Source: Parachlamydiales bacterium (GTDB lineage Bacteria; Chlamydiota; Chlamydiia; Chlamydiales; JAJFMK01). From it: 32,156 nt of DNA. Position 1 is the first letter of the stretch, and the number at the start of each line of letters is the position of its first letter. The translations under genes were made by a program, and so were the position numbers. The stretch covers positions 1-32,156 of the forward strand of contig JAGVKY010000150.1 in NCBI GenBank assembly GCA_020050175.1. The letters run 5' to 3'. Below the pieces are notes generated by a model that made no database searches, had not been told where the DNA came from, and worked only from the letters and a program-made list of their open reading frames with translations. Positions 9,741 to 19,819 of this stretch are shown here, piece after piece.

Positions 9741-11097
9741 AACACGTCCTTTCTTCTGAAAAATGTGAGATATATCCAACAGCCTGATCTAACATAGCCA
9801 ATTGTCGATAAAATTCTGCCAAGGCTGAGTGAAGTTGCAACTCGAGTGTTCGTAAAGTTCTTTCAGACTCTATTAATTCTAAAAAGGTGTTTTTTCCAGC
9901 TTCAAAACCGGCAATTGCGGCTTCCAATTCATCTTTGGCTGTGGGTAGGATTTCTTCCTGCAAAATTTCTACATATTCTCGTGCCTGTGAAACTCTTTTT
10001 AGAGCAGTAGTGACTTCAACAAACGTTTGATCCACTAATTGGTCAAGCTTGTAAGACAAGCTTTTAATATTTGTACTAGCTTCATCAACAGCCCCTTGCC
10101 GTCTTTCAAGTTGAATGGGAAGGTTGAATCCAACGCCAAGCATGGTATACATGGATGAAAACGGCCACATGGTATTGTAAGTGCCCGACACTTCAAAATC
10201 GGGTAAATATTCCAAATGAGCCAATCGAAGTGTTGTTTCAGCTGCATCAATTTTAGCCTGTATGGCGTGTAAATCGGGTCTGTTTTGCAGGGCTACCTGT
10301 TGAAGTTGCTCCTCAGTTTCATAGACAGCAATTGGATGAAGGGCTTTTGGTGGAGGGGGTAGAGGTGTTGATGGATCGCGATGGAGTAGAGCATTGATTT
10401 TAGCAATGATGACTTCACGATCAGTCGCTAAAGAGATTTGTTCATACTCCAATTGGGCCAGCTCAACTTCGGCTTGAAGAGGGATTTGCAACGTTACCCG
10501 GCTAGTGGCATATTGGGCGTTAGCACTTTCCTTATACTCTTTTAGCAAGGCTATGTGTATATGATTAATTTCGATGGCTCGTTCAATCAAATAGTAATCA
10601 TCGAACAGATTAGAGGCGGCTGTAGCTAATTGAATTTTCACCCATTCGTAATCTTCTTCCGCACTTCCGGCTTCGGCTAAAGCGATTTTGCCTTTCAATC
10701 CTAACTTGCCTGGGAAAGGAAACTTTTGCCTAAGATCTATCTGTTGCCCATAAGCAACCTTTTTTGAATGGATAGTACCCGGAGCTAATGCATAAGAAGC
10801 CAGTGGATCATCCCAGGAGATGACTTGGGGATATTTAGCTAGCATGGTTCCCCAGGCTTGCCGAACGGATTCAAGACTGGGGTTAACAATTAGCACAGTG
10901 CCCACAAGATTGGATCGCTCTAGCGGTTCGTTTAACACGTACTCTTCAGCACTGCGTACATCCACTTTACAGTTAGAATTTCTAAAAGACCTAACCATCT
11001 GATGATATTGCTTGTTAGGCGCGGAACAACAAGAAGTCATTAAAAGAGCAAGACTCATAAAACCGGAGGTGATAAGACTTCTTGAAATGACTTCCAT
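9733..11097 (-). CDS. cusC: Outer-membrane efflux lipoprotein (TolC/NodT family, CusC-like)
   Basis: It has a lipobox LLMTSC near the N-terminus and two OEP-type repeats with coiled-coil character. Its position upstream of cusBA fits. The ATG at 11097 lies 2 nt after the atpG stop; there is an alternative TTG at 11109. Confidence 0.8.
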   Translation of the reverse strand: MEVISRSLITSGFMSLALLMTSCCSAPNKQYHQMVRSFRNSNCKVDVRSAEEYVLNEPLERSNLVGTVLIVNPSLESVRQAWGTMLAKYPQVISWDDPLASYALAPGTIHSKKVAYGQQIDLRQKFPFPGKLGLKGKIALAEAGSAEEDYEWVKIQLATAASNLFDDYYLIERAIEINHIHIALLKEYKESANAQYATSRVTLQIPLQAEVELAQLEYEQISLATDREVIIAKINALLHRDPSTPLPPPPKALHPIAVYETEEQLQQVALQNRPDLHAIQAKIDAAETTLRLAHLEYLPDFEVSGTYNTMWPFSSMYTMLGVGFNLPIQLERRQGAVDEASTNIKSLSYKLDQLVDQTFVEVTTALKRVSQAREYVEILQEEILPTAKDELEAAIAGFEAGKNTFLELIESERTLRTLELQLHSALAEFYRQLAMLDQAVGYISHFSEERTCYE

Positions 11098-11099
11098 TA

Positions 11100-12008
11100 T
11101 TACACCCAATTTTTTGATTGGTCTTTTGCCATGATCGTCTCAAACCCTGAGACAACGTCAAACAGTTCTTCATCAATGCGATTTTGTCGCTCTTGATTGT
11201 ATTTGAGATATTGCTTCTCCAACTGCTCATCAATGTGTTTTTCAGCCACTTGCATAGAAGCCAATCGACAAGCATTTTCACTGGCCAGTGATTCGGCGCA
11301 CGCTTTTATGATTGAAGTAAAGAGATGTTGGCGAATTAAAGTCGAAAATGTAACCTCTAGACCGTCAATTACTTCAGGATTCATATTGGTCGGCCATTTT
11401 TTTACCATAAAACTATTCATCCATTTTTTATCGATTGGGAGCAGGCTAAGACAAGTGGGTTCGAATTTAGCTTCAGACTTCGGTCTATTATAAAAAATAA
11501 GGAGCTGATCAACTTCTGCTAATGTTCTCTCGTGTTCTACATCGTCTAATAGTTGACTAATCAAAGTTGAAATAGTGCCAAGGGAATTAGGTACGGTAAG
11601 AGGGTTTTTGACTTTCAGGTTGGGATAATCTACCAATCGTGAAAAAACGCGCTCTCCAACAGGCCAAATAATTTTTTCTGCTGTTATTGAAGCAAGCTCC
11701 TTATGTGCATATTCAGCAATTTCATCATTAAATTGACCTACCATGCCTTGATCTGAACCAAAAATCACGATCCCAGTTCTTCGGATTACAGTTTTTTTGC
11801 TCTCAACTGCCTGTAGAATTTGAGGAGATTGAAATAAACAAGCGATTAAGCCTAATTTCACTGATTGATAGTAATGTTGGAGCGCCTTAACTGATTTTTC
11901 ATACGAATCGATGTTGATTGCAGAAAGAATTTTCATCGTTTTGATGATCGATTTAAGGGAATTCATCGTCTTGATTTTTTTTTGAAAAACGCGCATTTGG
12001 TCACTCAT
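11100..12008 (-). CDS. atpG: N-ATPase gamma subunit
   Basis: The N-terminus ...[22 protein letters not shown] and the C-terminus [17 protein letters not shown]...[12 protein letters not shown] are gamma-like. The start ATG at 12008 overlaps the atpA stop (ATGAGTGA). It is the last gene of the atpDCQRBEFAG order. Confidence 0.85.
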   Translation of the reverse strand: MSDQMRVFQKKIKTMNSLKSIIKTMKILSAINIDSYEKSVKALQHYYQSVKLGLIACLFQSPQILQAVESKKTVIRRTGIVIFGSDQGMVGQFNDEIAEYAHKELASITAEKIIWPVGERVFSRLVDYPNLKVKNPLTVPNSLGTISTLISQLLDDVEHERTLAEVDQLLIFYNRPKSEAKFEPTCLSLLPIDKKWMNSFMVKKWPTNMNPEVIDGLEVTFSTLIRQHLFTSIIKACAESLASENACRLASMQVAEKHIDEQLEKQYLKYNQERQNRIDEELFDVVSGFETIMAKDQSKNWV

Positions 12009-13542
12009 TGGCGTTACCTCCAATTTGTGACAGCGTTTTTTTAGCGATGTCGATGAGGATGCTCTTGATTTCAAGTGTCATTTTTTTGCCACCTACAATC
12101 TGCTGTTGCATGGTAGGGTCCATCTCTTCGCCAGCATGTCTAAGTCTTTTCTCTGCTTCTCCCAACTGATCGTAGGGTATTTGATCAAGTAGTCCTTCGG
12201 TAAATGCCAATAAGATAAAGATTTGAACATGGGTAGCTAAAGGATCTAGTCTGGTTTGATTAAGACACCAGCGAATGCGTTTGCCGTGTTCGAGAATTCG
12301 ACGTGTTGATTCATCCAATTGTGTGCCAAATCTGGCAAAGGCTTCCAATTCTTCAAATTGTGAGTAGGAAAGTTTAAGATTACCTGTCACCTCACGATAG
12401 GCCGCTAGTTGTGCTTTACCTCCAACGCGTGACACCGATTTGCCGACATCGACTGATGGTAAGACCCCTTTTTCAAAAAGATCTGAAGAAAGTACAATTT
12501 GTCCGTCGGTAATTGAAATGAGATTGGTCGGGATATAAGCTGAGATATCTTGAGCCTCAGTTTCAATAATTGGCAGGGCAGTTAAGGAGCCCCCACCCAG
12601 ACGTTCCTGCAAATGAGTGGCTCTTTCTAAAAGCTTGGCATGGATATAAAAGATGTCTCCTGGAAAAGCCTCTCGCCCTGGAGGTCGGCGCAATAAAAGC
12701 GAAAGTTCTCGATAGGCTCTGGCATGATTAGTCAGGTCATCATAAACGATGAGGACTTTGTGTCCGCGGTACATAAAATCTTCGGCAATGGTTGTCGCGG
12801 CATAGGGTGCTATATATCTTAATCCAGGGGGCTCATTGCCTTCGGCAACCATGACAATGGTGTATTCCATGGCGCCTCTTTCCTTGAGCTCCGCAATCAC
12901 TTTAGCTACTGAGGAGCTACGTTGCCCAATAGCACAGTAGATGCAGATGACATCCTTATTTTTTTGATTAATGATCGTATCGATGGCAATTGCTGTTTTT
13001 CCAATTTGTCGATCGCCTAGAATAAGCTCGCGTTGTCCATGGCCGATGGGAATTAAGGCATCAATAACTTTAGTTCCTGTTTGAAGGGGCAAAGTCACCG
13101 GGGCACGGTCCATTATTGCAGGAGCTTCGCGTTCAATTGGCAAACGTTCTCTGAATCTAATCTCTCCTAGACCGTCAAGAGGTGTTGCTTGTGCATTTAT
13201 CACCCGACCTAGCAAACCATCCCCAACGGGTACATCGACAACTCGGCCAGTTCGTCCTACTTCCATCCCGGCTTTAATCATTGAGCTCTCTTCAAGAAGC
13301 ACCACACCCACTTCGTTCTCATCGAGGTCATAAGCCAACCCTTTATGGCCACCTGAAAATTGGACTAATTCTTCAAAACCGACATGCGATAATCCCTTCA
13401 CTTTTGCAATGCCATTCAAAACCGACGTGACGATACCCACTTCCTTAAAGCTGATATGAGGGACTTGTGCTTTGCTAGTTTGGCTCATGTCATCCAAAAC
13501 AGAGGTAAGGACCGATCGAAGATCGCGATTTTGATTAGGCAT
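12001..13542 (-). CDS. atpA: N-ATPase alpha subunit
   Basis: It has the Walker A motif GDRQIGKT and the alpha signatures ELILGDR and [21 protein letters not shown]. The likely start is the ATG at 13542 (MPNQNRD), which overlaps the atpF stop by 8 nt. Confidence 0.92.
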   Translation of the reverse strand: MPNQNRDLRSVLTSVLDDMSQTSKAQVPHISFKEVGIVTSVLNGIAKVKGLSHVGFEELVQFSGGHKGLAYDLDENEVGVVLLEESSMIKAGMEVGRTGRVVDVPVGDGLLGRVINAQATPLDGLGEIRFRERLPIEREAPAIMDRAPVTLPLQTGTKVIDALIPIGHGQRELILGDRQIGKTAIAIDTIINQKNKDVICIYCAIGQRSSSVAKVIAELKERGAMEYTIVMVAEGNEPPGLRYIAPYAATTIAEDFMYRGHKVLIVYDDLTNHARAYRELSLLLRRPPGREAFPGDIFYIHAKLLERATHLQERLGGGSLTALPIIETEAQDISAYIPTNLISITDGQIVLSSDLFEKGVLPSVDVGKSVSRVGGKAQLAAYREVTGNLKLSYSQFEELEAFARFGTQLDESTRRILEHGKRIRWCLNQTRLDPLATHVQIFILLAFTEGLLDQIPYDQLGEAEKRLRHAGEEMDPTMQQQIVGGKKMTLEIKSILIDIAKKTLSQIGGNANE

Positions 13543-14308
13543 GGATGTACTCAGAGTTTTTGTGTACCACTTCATTGGTCAGGCTTTCCAATGAAGTGAG
13601 GTAATCGGCAATATTCCAAGAGATTTTTTGCCCATTGGCCAGCAGTTCTATACCTCCTATTAATTCTGGAAGGACAATAAAATGGACGTCGAATTCCCGA
13701 CCAAACTCTTGTTGGACGGCTGCTTTGATTTTGTTGCGAATATTTTCTTTGGGTTCTGAGGCGATTTTAATTTCTAACGTTTTCGAAGCGTGAAGCCTAG
13801 CAAGCAGCTCGCCTTTTTCTTTTTGGGGAAGCATCTTCAGGTTCTGTAAAAAAACATCTACAAGTCGGTCTTGAATATCAGTATCGGCTAGATCGGCCAT
13901 GACCTTGCGCATAATAGAAAACAGTTCAGCCTGCACCTTCTGAGTGAGATCTCGAAAGACTTCTTCTTTTTCATTTTTTAGATTAGAGAGCCATTTTGTT
14001 CTTTGCTCTTCAACATCCTGCTTGGCTTCAGCTCTTAAGTTGTCTTGCAGTTGCTTGATTTCTTCGTTTAATTTTTTGATTCTTTCTGCTTTTTGCTGTT
14101 CAAACTCTTTATTCTTGTTTTGAAACAGTAAAGACTCTTCATCTGCTTCCCTTTTTTTTATTTCCGCTTCGCTGAGTTGTTTGGCAATCTCGTTTTGTCT
14201 ATCTGTGATCATTTTTAGAATTGGTTTATAGAGAAAAATTTTAAGCAGCCAGACAAGCACGAGAAAGTTCACAATCTGAGCAAATACTGTAAACCAATCG
14301 ATGAGCAT
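13535..14308 (-). CDS. atpF: N-ATPase b subunit with a delta/OSCP-like C-terminal extension
   Basis: The N-terminal TM helix plus [16 protein letters not shown] is a classic b subunit, followed by a long charged helix. The last roughly 100 aa ([30 protein letters not shown]) resemble the C-terminal motif of delta subunits. There is no separate atpH gene in the cluster. Confidence 0.8.
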   Translation of the reverse strand: MLIDWFTVFAQIVNFLVLVWLLKIFLYKPILKMITDRQNEIAKQLSEAEIKKREADEESLLFQNKNKEFEQQKAERIKKLNEEIKQLQDNLRAEAKQDVEEQRTKWLSNLKNEKEEVFRDLTQKVQAELFSIMRKVMADLADTDIQDRLVDVFLQNLKMLPQKEKGELLARLHASKTLEIKIASEPKENIRNKIKAAVQQEFGREFDVHFIVLPELIGGIELLANGQKISWNIADYLTSLESLTNEVVHKNSEYIHA

Positions 14309-14311
14309 ATT

Positions 14312-14590
14312 TTATCCAGCCACTTTAGAGATGAAGTAATTCCAGAAAGGATTAGCGAAGATAAGAATCATAGAGATGACCAAGCAATAGATGGCCATGG
14401 ATTCAATCATCGCTAAGCCAACGAAAAGAGTACGGGTCACCGGAGTGGTGACATCAGGCTGCTGGGCAATCGATTTTAAGGCAGCGTCAACGGCTCGCCC
14501 TTCAGCTAACGCAGGCCCAATTGTGCCAATGGTAATTGTAAGACCCGCAGTTATAATTGAAACAACAGCCACAAGGCTTATGTTATCCAT
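14312..14590 (-). CDS. atpE: N-ATPase c subunit (rotor ring proteolipid)
   Basis: It is a two-helix hairpin with the loop motif AQQPD and the ion-binding helix-2 motif MIESMAIY. It has an extra helix-1 Glu in GPALAEG. The ATG at 14590 lies 11 nt downstream of a strong AAGGAG, whereas the track's TTG at 14599 sits too close to that SD. Confidence 0.88.
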   Translation of the reverse strand: MDNISLVAVVSIITAGLTITIGTIGPALAEGRAVDAALKSIAQQPDVTTPVTRTLFVGLAMIESMAIYCLVISMILIFANPFWNYFISKVAG

Positions 14591-14595
14591 AATGG

Positions 14596-15285
14596 TCAAT
14601 CTCCTTTAGTTTTAACTTCTTCAAATGTTCTTGTCGCTGCTGCAATATAGACAGAAGCCAGAACAGTAAAAATATAGGCTTGCACTAAACTCGTAATCAA
14701 ATCCAATACATGTAAGAACACAGGGAAAAAGAGGGGGGAAATGCTGATAATAATGCCGATAGTCAAGGTTCCGCTCATCGTGTTCCCAAAAAGACGTACC
14801 GCTAAGGCTAGTGTGCGGGTAAAATCGGCGAGAATGTTAAATGGTAGAAAAATGAAAAAGGGGTGTAGATAATTTTTAAGAAAGCCGATCACTCCTTTCT
14901 CTTTAATGGCATACAATGGCACGGCAATAAAGACGCAGATAGCCAATGCCGCTGTAGTTGAAAGAGAACCAGTGGGAGGTATATATCCAGGGATAATAGT
15001 TAGAATTCCACAAAATCCTATAAAAACAAATATCGTGCCGATAAAACCGATATATTTCTCTGGTGTTTGCAGGCCTATTTCTTGCAAGTGTTTGTAAACG
15101 AAACTTACAATAATTTCTAAAAGAGTTTCGATATTAGTGCTGATTTTTCCTTTTACTATTCGTCGATTAAAAAACCATGATCCACTAACAAGAATAAGCA
15201 TCACTACCCACGTGACGAGAATGGTAGCATTTAATTTTAAAACACCATATTTCCAAAGAATGATCGAATCTGGCGTTATGTCCAT
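14596..15285 (-). CDS. atpB: N-ATPase a subunit
   Basis: 229 aa polytopic protein with the essential stator Arg in context (LALAVRLFGNTMSG). Confidence 0.88.
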   Translation of the reverse strand: MDITPDSIILWKYGVLKLNATILVTWVVMLILVSGSWFFNRRIVKGKISTNIETLLEIIVSFVYKHLQEIGLQTPEKYIGFIGTIFVFIGFCGILTIIPGYIPPTGSLSTTAALAICVFIAVPLYAIKEKGVIGFLKNYLHPFFIFLPFNILADFTRTLALAVRLFGNTMSGTLTIGIIISISPLFFPVFLHVLDLITSLVQAYIFTVLASVYIAAATRTFEEVKTKGD

Positions 15286-15289
15286 GAGC

Positions 15290-15565
15290 CTATCCTGAAG
15301 TTTTCATGGTAAGAACAATTTTTCTCGATAACATAAACCCGAGCAATATAAGCGCATATCTCGCTACATGCTCATTGGCAATCAGGTAGAAAACAGATGC
15401 CGTTACTACGATTCTAACGATAAAACTAGACCACCACCAAAGTGCAAAATGATTGGAAGAAAATCGCCTTAAAATAGTCCACCACAAGCCCACATAAAAA
15501 ATGGTTCCCACCCCAAGACCTACAATAAAAGAAAGAAACAACATCACTATTTCGGCCAAGTCCAT
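15290..15565 (-). CDS. atpR: N-ATPase accessory membrane protein AtpR
   Basis: About 91 aa from the ATG at 15565 (MDLAEIV...), which lies 1 nt after the atpQ stop. It has three hydrophobic helices with a membrane-embedded Arg (FIVRIVV). Its position between atpQ and atpB is specific to N-ATPase operons. Confidence 0.7.
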   Translation of the reverse strand: MDLAEIVMLFLSFIVGLGVGTIFYVGLWWTILRRFSSNHFALWWWSSFIVRIVVTASVFYLIANEHVARYALILLGFMLSRKIVLTMKTSG

Positions 15566-15566
15566 T

Positions 15567-15867
15567 TCAATCGTCCTCTTTCTTAAACATTTCTCTTGCA
15601 AGCAAAAATAAAGCTGACACAATCCCCACGCCGATACCCACAAGCAGCAAGGCAAGAGTCCATGCATGCGAGCCTGTAAAATAATGCTCTATCAACCCGC
15701 CTATAAAAATCCCTATCAATGCGGGTATGATAACTGCCCAGCCAACTAATCCAAACAGGCCAAATCCCCACCAAGCATTCACTTCTTTCTTGCGCCTTGC
15801 TTTGACCTTCCTGGCTTCTTTCTTGATGGCCTGGTTGCGAAAATCCTTTTTTTCTGGAGGTTGTTTT

Positions 15868-15875
<8 letters not shown>
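15567..15875 (-). CDS. atpQ: N-ATPase accessory membrane protein AtpQ (AtpZ/AtpI-like, 'ATPase gene 1' family)
   Basis: It has a basic N-terminus followed by WWGFGLFGLVGWAVIIPALIGIFIGGLIE...HAWTLALLLVGIGVG, which is the typical pattern of this family. It overlaps the atpC stop by 8 nt. Confidence 0.75.
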
Positions 15876-17726
<1,851 letters not shown>

Positions 17727-17733
17727 TTAAAAT

Positions 17734-17745
17734 TCTGTATACAGA
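17734..17745. promoter_or_regulatory. Perfect 12-bp palindrome TCTGTATACAGA about 70 bp upstream of atpD
   Basis: I checked by hand that it is self-complementary. It lies in the only non-coding stretch upstream of the 17-gene minus-strand string, so it is a candidate operator. Confidence 0.3.
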
Positions 17746-17877
17746 TCTTTTCATGCCTTATCAGATTTTATTTGATTTGGCGTCAATGATAAATTCTTCA
17801 AAAACAACCCATTGACTTGAATAGGTAGATTTTGAAGATTTAGGCAGGTACTTCTCTGTGTTAAAGGGAAAGAGGTT

Positions 17878-17916
17878 ATGAGGATATTAGTGGCGGGAGC
17901 GACAGGAGCGATTTAG
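17878..17916 (+). pseudogene. 12-codon remnant of a Rossmann-fold NAD(P)-binding (SDR/epimerase/NmrA-type) gene
   Basis: AAAGAGG is followed 5 nt later by ATG, then MRILVAGATGAI and TAG. This is the canonical N-terminal GxxGxxG dinucleotide-binding start, and no related sequence follows the stop. Confidence 0.35.
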
Positions 17917-18016
17917 CCAGCCAAAAACGGGTGCTATTAGTCAGCTAAAATGTACACATACCCAATGATTGTATACCTTACAAAGAAATGAGGATCCTTT
18001 GAAGGAACGGGATTTA

Positions 18017-18409
18017 TTAGGAGGCAGATTCTTCAAGAACCAAATGTCTTTGCCGTTTCACGGTGACATCTGATTCACGGTCGATTTTTTCATCAATAGC
18101 GTCCAAAATCCATTGCTTCTTGGACGTGAGATTTCTTTTTTCTTTAATTATTTCAAGATGATTTTTTAGCCTGTCAGATAGGTCAGGATCTAAAATAATA
18201 CTTAGAGTTTTCTCTTTTTCAACCGACTTAAGCTTCTGTTCTATTTTCAGTTTTTCTTAAATAGCTTCCTTCACCCACTCCTCATCAGAAATTGTCGGAT
18301 CAATGGCGCGTCGGATCTTTTGGACATGATTCTTGATTCTGGAAGAAAAAATGGAACTTACATAGACAGTATATTTCCGGTCGTCGCTATTATCTGAGGA
18401 GCCTTCCAT
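18017..18409 (-). pseudogene. Tandem ribbon-helix-helix (TraY/CopG-like) DNA-binding protein interrupted by an in-frame TAA
   Basis: I translated it by hand. It reads MEGSSDNSDDRKYTVYVSSIFSSRIKNHVQKIRRAIDPTISDEEWVKEAI, then TAA (18257..18259), then EKLKIEQKLKSVEKEKTLSIILDPDLSDRLKNHLEIIKEKRNLTSKKQWILDAIDEKIDRESDVTVKRQRHLVLEESAS and stop (18017..18019). Both halves show the RHH beta-strand/helix A/helix B pattern. The second half has no ATG/GTG/TTG start. Confidence 0.6.
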
Positions 18410-18572
18410 GTAGTCCAAGTTGATATGAAGAAATTAATCGAGGCCAATATTCTCAGCTCAGATTACTAGAAAATGGATAACTTTTCTATTCGCAATCTTT
18501 TTATGAACTCATAAACTTCGGCAGACCTTGTGTAAATAAAAAATTGCTTGCGTGGGATGAATATTTCTTGTA

Positions 18573-18608
18573 TTGACAAGATTTTAGCAAAAGGAATAGA
18601 GTCCTTTT
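18573..18608 (+). promoter_or_regulatory. Candidate sigma70-type promoter for the tra operon, overlapped by a 7-bp inverted repeat
   Basis: TTGACA (18573..18578), an 18-nt spacer, then TAGAGT (18597..18602). The inverted repeat AAAAGGA/TCCTTTT (18589..18595 / 18602..18608) straddles the -10. AGGAG at 18613..18617 precedes the traA-like ATG. Confidence 0.3.
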
Positions 18609-18629
18609 GCGTAGGAGAAATATTTTAAT

Positions 18630-18947
18630 ATGAACCAACGCACTTTTTACAGCCTGCTGTTCTTAGCTGGGCTAGTTTTCATCGTCTCTCCCGAATTTTT
18701 GTCAGCCGTTCAACAAACCAACGATAAGTTTTCTGGGAAAGAAATCACCGATCACGCCAATAGCATCTCTTCTTTCTTATTCGGGCCAGTCGCTCGAGTG
18801 GCTGGAGTTATTGGTGGGGGCTACGGACTCGTTACTTCCATCATTACCTCCTCTATCCGACCATTGATTACTTTTGGTGGAATTGGATTAGGGGTAAACC
18901 TCGTGCCAAAGTTTATTGATACCGTTTTTACCATGCTTCTCCCTTAA
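18630..18947 (+). CDS. traA: Putative F-type propilin (TraA-like)
   Basis: 105 aa. It has a leader with an AxA-like site (FLSA|VQQ) and then two Gly-rich hydrophobic segments. Its position immediately upstream of traL is canonical. I could not verify any direct sequence motif. Confidence 0.5.
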   Translation: MNQRTFYSLLFLAGLVFIVSPEFLSAVQQTNDKFSGKEITDHANSISSFLFGPVARVAGVIGGGYGLVTSIITSSIRPLITFGGIGLGVNLVPKFIDTVFTMLLP

Positions 18948-18953
18948 GCGAAG

Positions 18954-19265
18954 TTGGTCAAAATGGAAAGCAATCAACTCCATCCCATCATTAAGACGTT
19001 AGACAACGCTCCAAGAATTCTCTTCTGGAGCGTTGATGAATTTATCGTGATGTTTCTGCCGCTCTTTATTGGGATTTTTTTAGGAAGTCTCTTAGTGATG
19101 GCTCTGGGAATTGTGGCAAAACCCCTCTATTCAAAGCTCAAAAAAAGATACCCCAAATCAATTTTGAGACACCTTGCTTATTGGACGATGCCGAGGAAAG
19201 TTTTTTCCCATGCAGGAATCCTTAAAAGGGTACCCCCATCCCACATAAGGAAGTATCTCCTTTGA
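18954..19265 (+). CDS. traL: Type IV conjugative transfer protein TraL
   Basis: It shows the TraL pattern: LDNAPRILFWSVDEF, one TM helix, and the C-terminal YWTMP...VPPSHIRKYL (compare F TraL YWYMP...VPDSCFRQWI). The ATG at 18963 is an alternative to the TTG at 18954. Confidence 0.85.
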   Translation: MVKMESNQLHPIIKTLDNAPRILFWSVDEFIVMFLPLFIGIFLGSLLVMALGIVAKPLYSKLKKRYPKSILRHLAYWTMPRKVFSHAGILKRVPPSHIRKYLL

Positions 19266-19819
19266 AGACAAGCACTTACTACCACAACCTTCGGCTCATG
19301 GTTTTCCAAAGAAATATCTTTCTTGGATTGACCATTCTACTCTCATTGTCCCTTGTCATTCTTTCCATTTTTCTCTTTTGGAAAAGCGAGCGAATAGTTG
19401 TGGTCCCCCCTATGATTGAAAAAGAATTTTGGGTGGATTCTCGAGGGGTTTCAGGAAGCTACTTAGAGCAATTCGGAGGGTTTATAGGGCAACTCCTCCT
19501 CTCAAAATCTGCCCAAACAGCCCAAAACCAAAGGGCTATTCTCCTACGGCATACTGACCCATCTTTCTCGACCCTTCTCTCTAAGAAATTGGGAGAGGAA
19601 GAGCAAAAACTTCTCAAGGAAAATGCTTCTTATGTCTTCTATCCTATCGAAGCAAGAAGCAATCCTAAAACAAATGAAGTGCTTCTCATCGGAGATCGGA
19701 CAATTTATGTTTCTGGCACATCTATTTCTTCAGAAAGAGTTAGATATATCCTTTCCTTCTCAAATCAGGGGCCCAGGCTTTTACTAAAAGGGATAACCCT
19801 AAGCGAGGAAGAAAAATGA
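19262..19819 (+). CDS. traE: Type IV conjugative transfer protein TraE
   Basis: 185 aa with an N-terminal TM anchor. Its size, topology and position match TraE. It has a TTGA overlap with traL. Confidence 0.8.
   Translation: MKTSTYYHNLRLMVFQRNIFLGLTILLSLSLVILSIFLFWKSERIVVVPPMIEKEFWVDSRGVSGSYLEQFGGFIGQLLLSKSAQTAQNQRAILLRHTDPSFSTLLSKKLGEEEQKLLKENASYVFYPIEARSNPKTNEVLLIGDRTIYVSGTSISSERVRYILSFSNQGPRLLLKGITLSEEEK

Noticed and set aside
15583-15774. A 63-aa minus-strand ORF overlapping atpQ in another frame, and the long 125-aa version of atpR (15290..15667)
   Set aside because: The atpQ frame has the family-typical sequence, whereas the alternative frame is Cys/Arg-rich with no support. For atpR, the ATG at 15565 lies 1 nt after the atpQ stop and gives the expected product of about 90 aa. 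The upstream extension would overlap atpQ by about 100 nt.
17734-17745. A LexA/SOS box (CTGT...ACAG) upstream of atpD
   Set aside because: The half-sites CTGT and ACAG are separated by only 2 nt here, not the 8 nt of the gamma-proteobacterial SOS box. It remains a generic palindrome.
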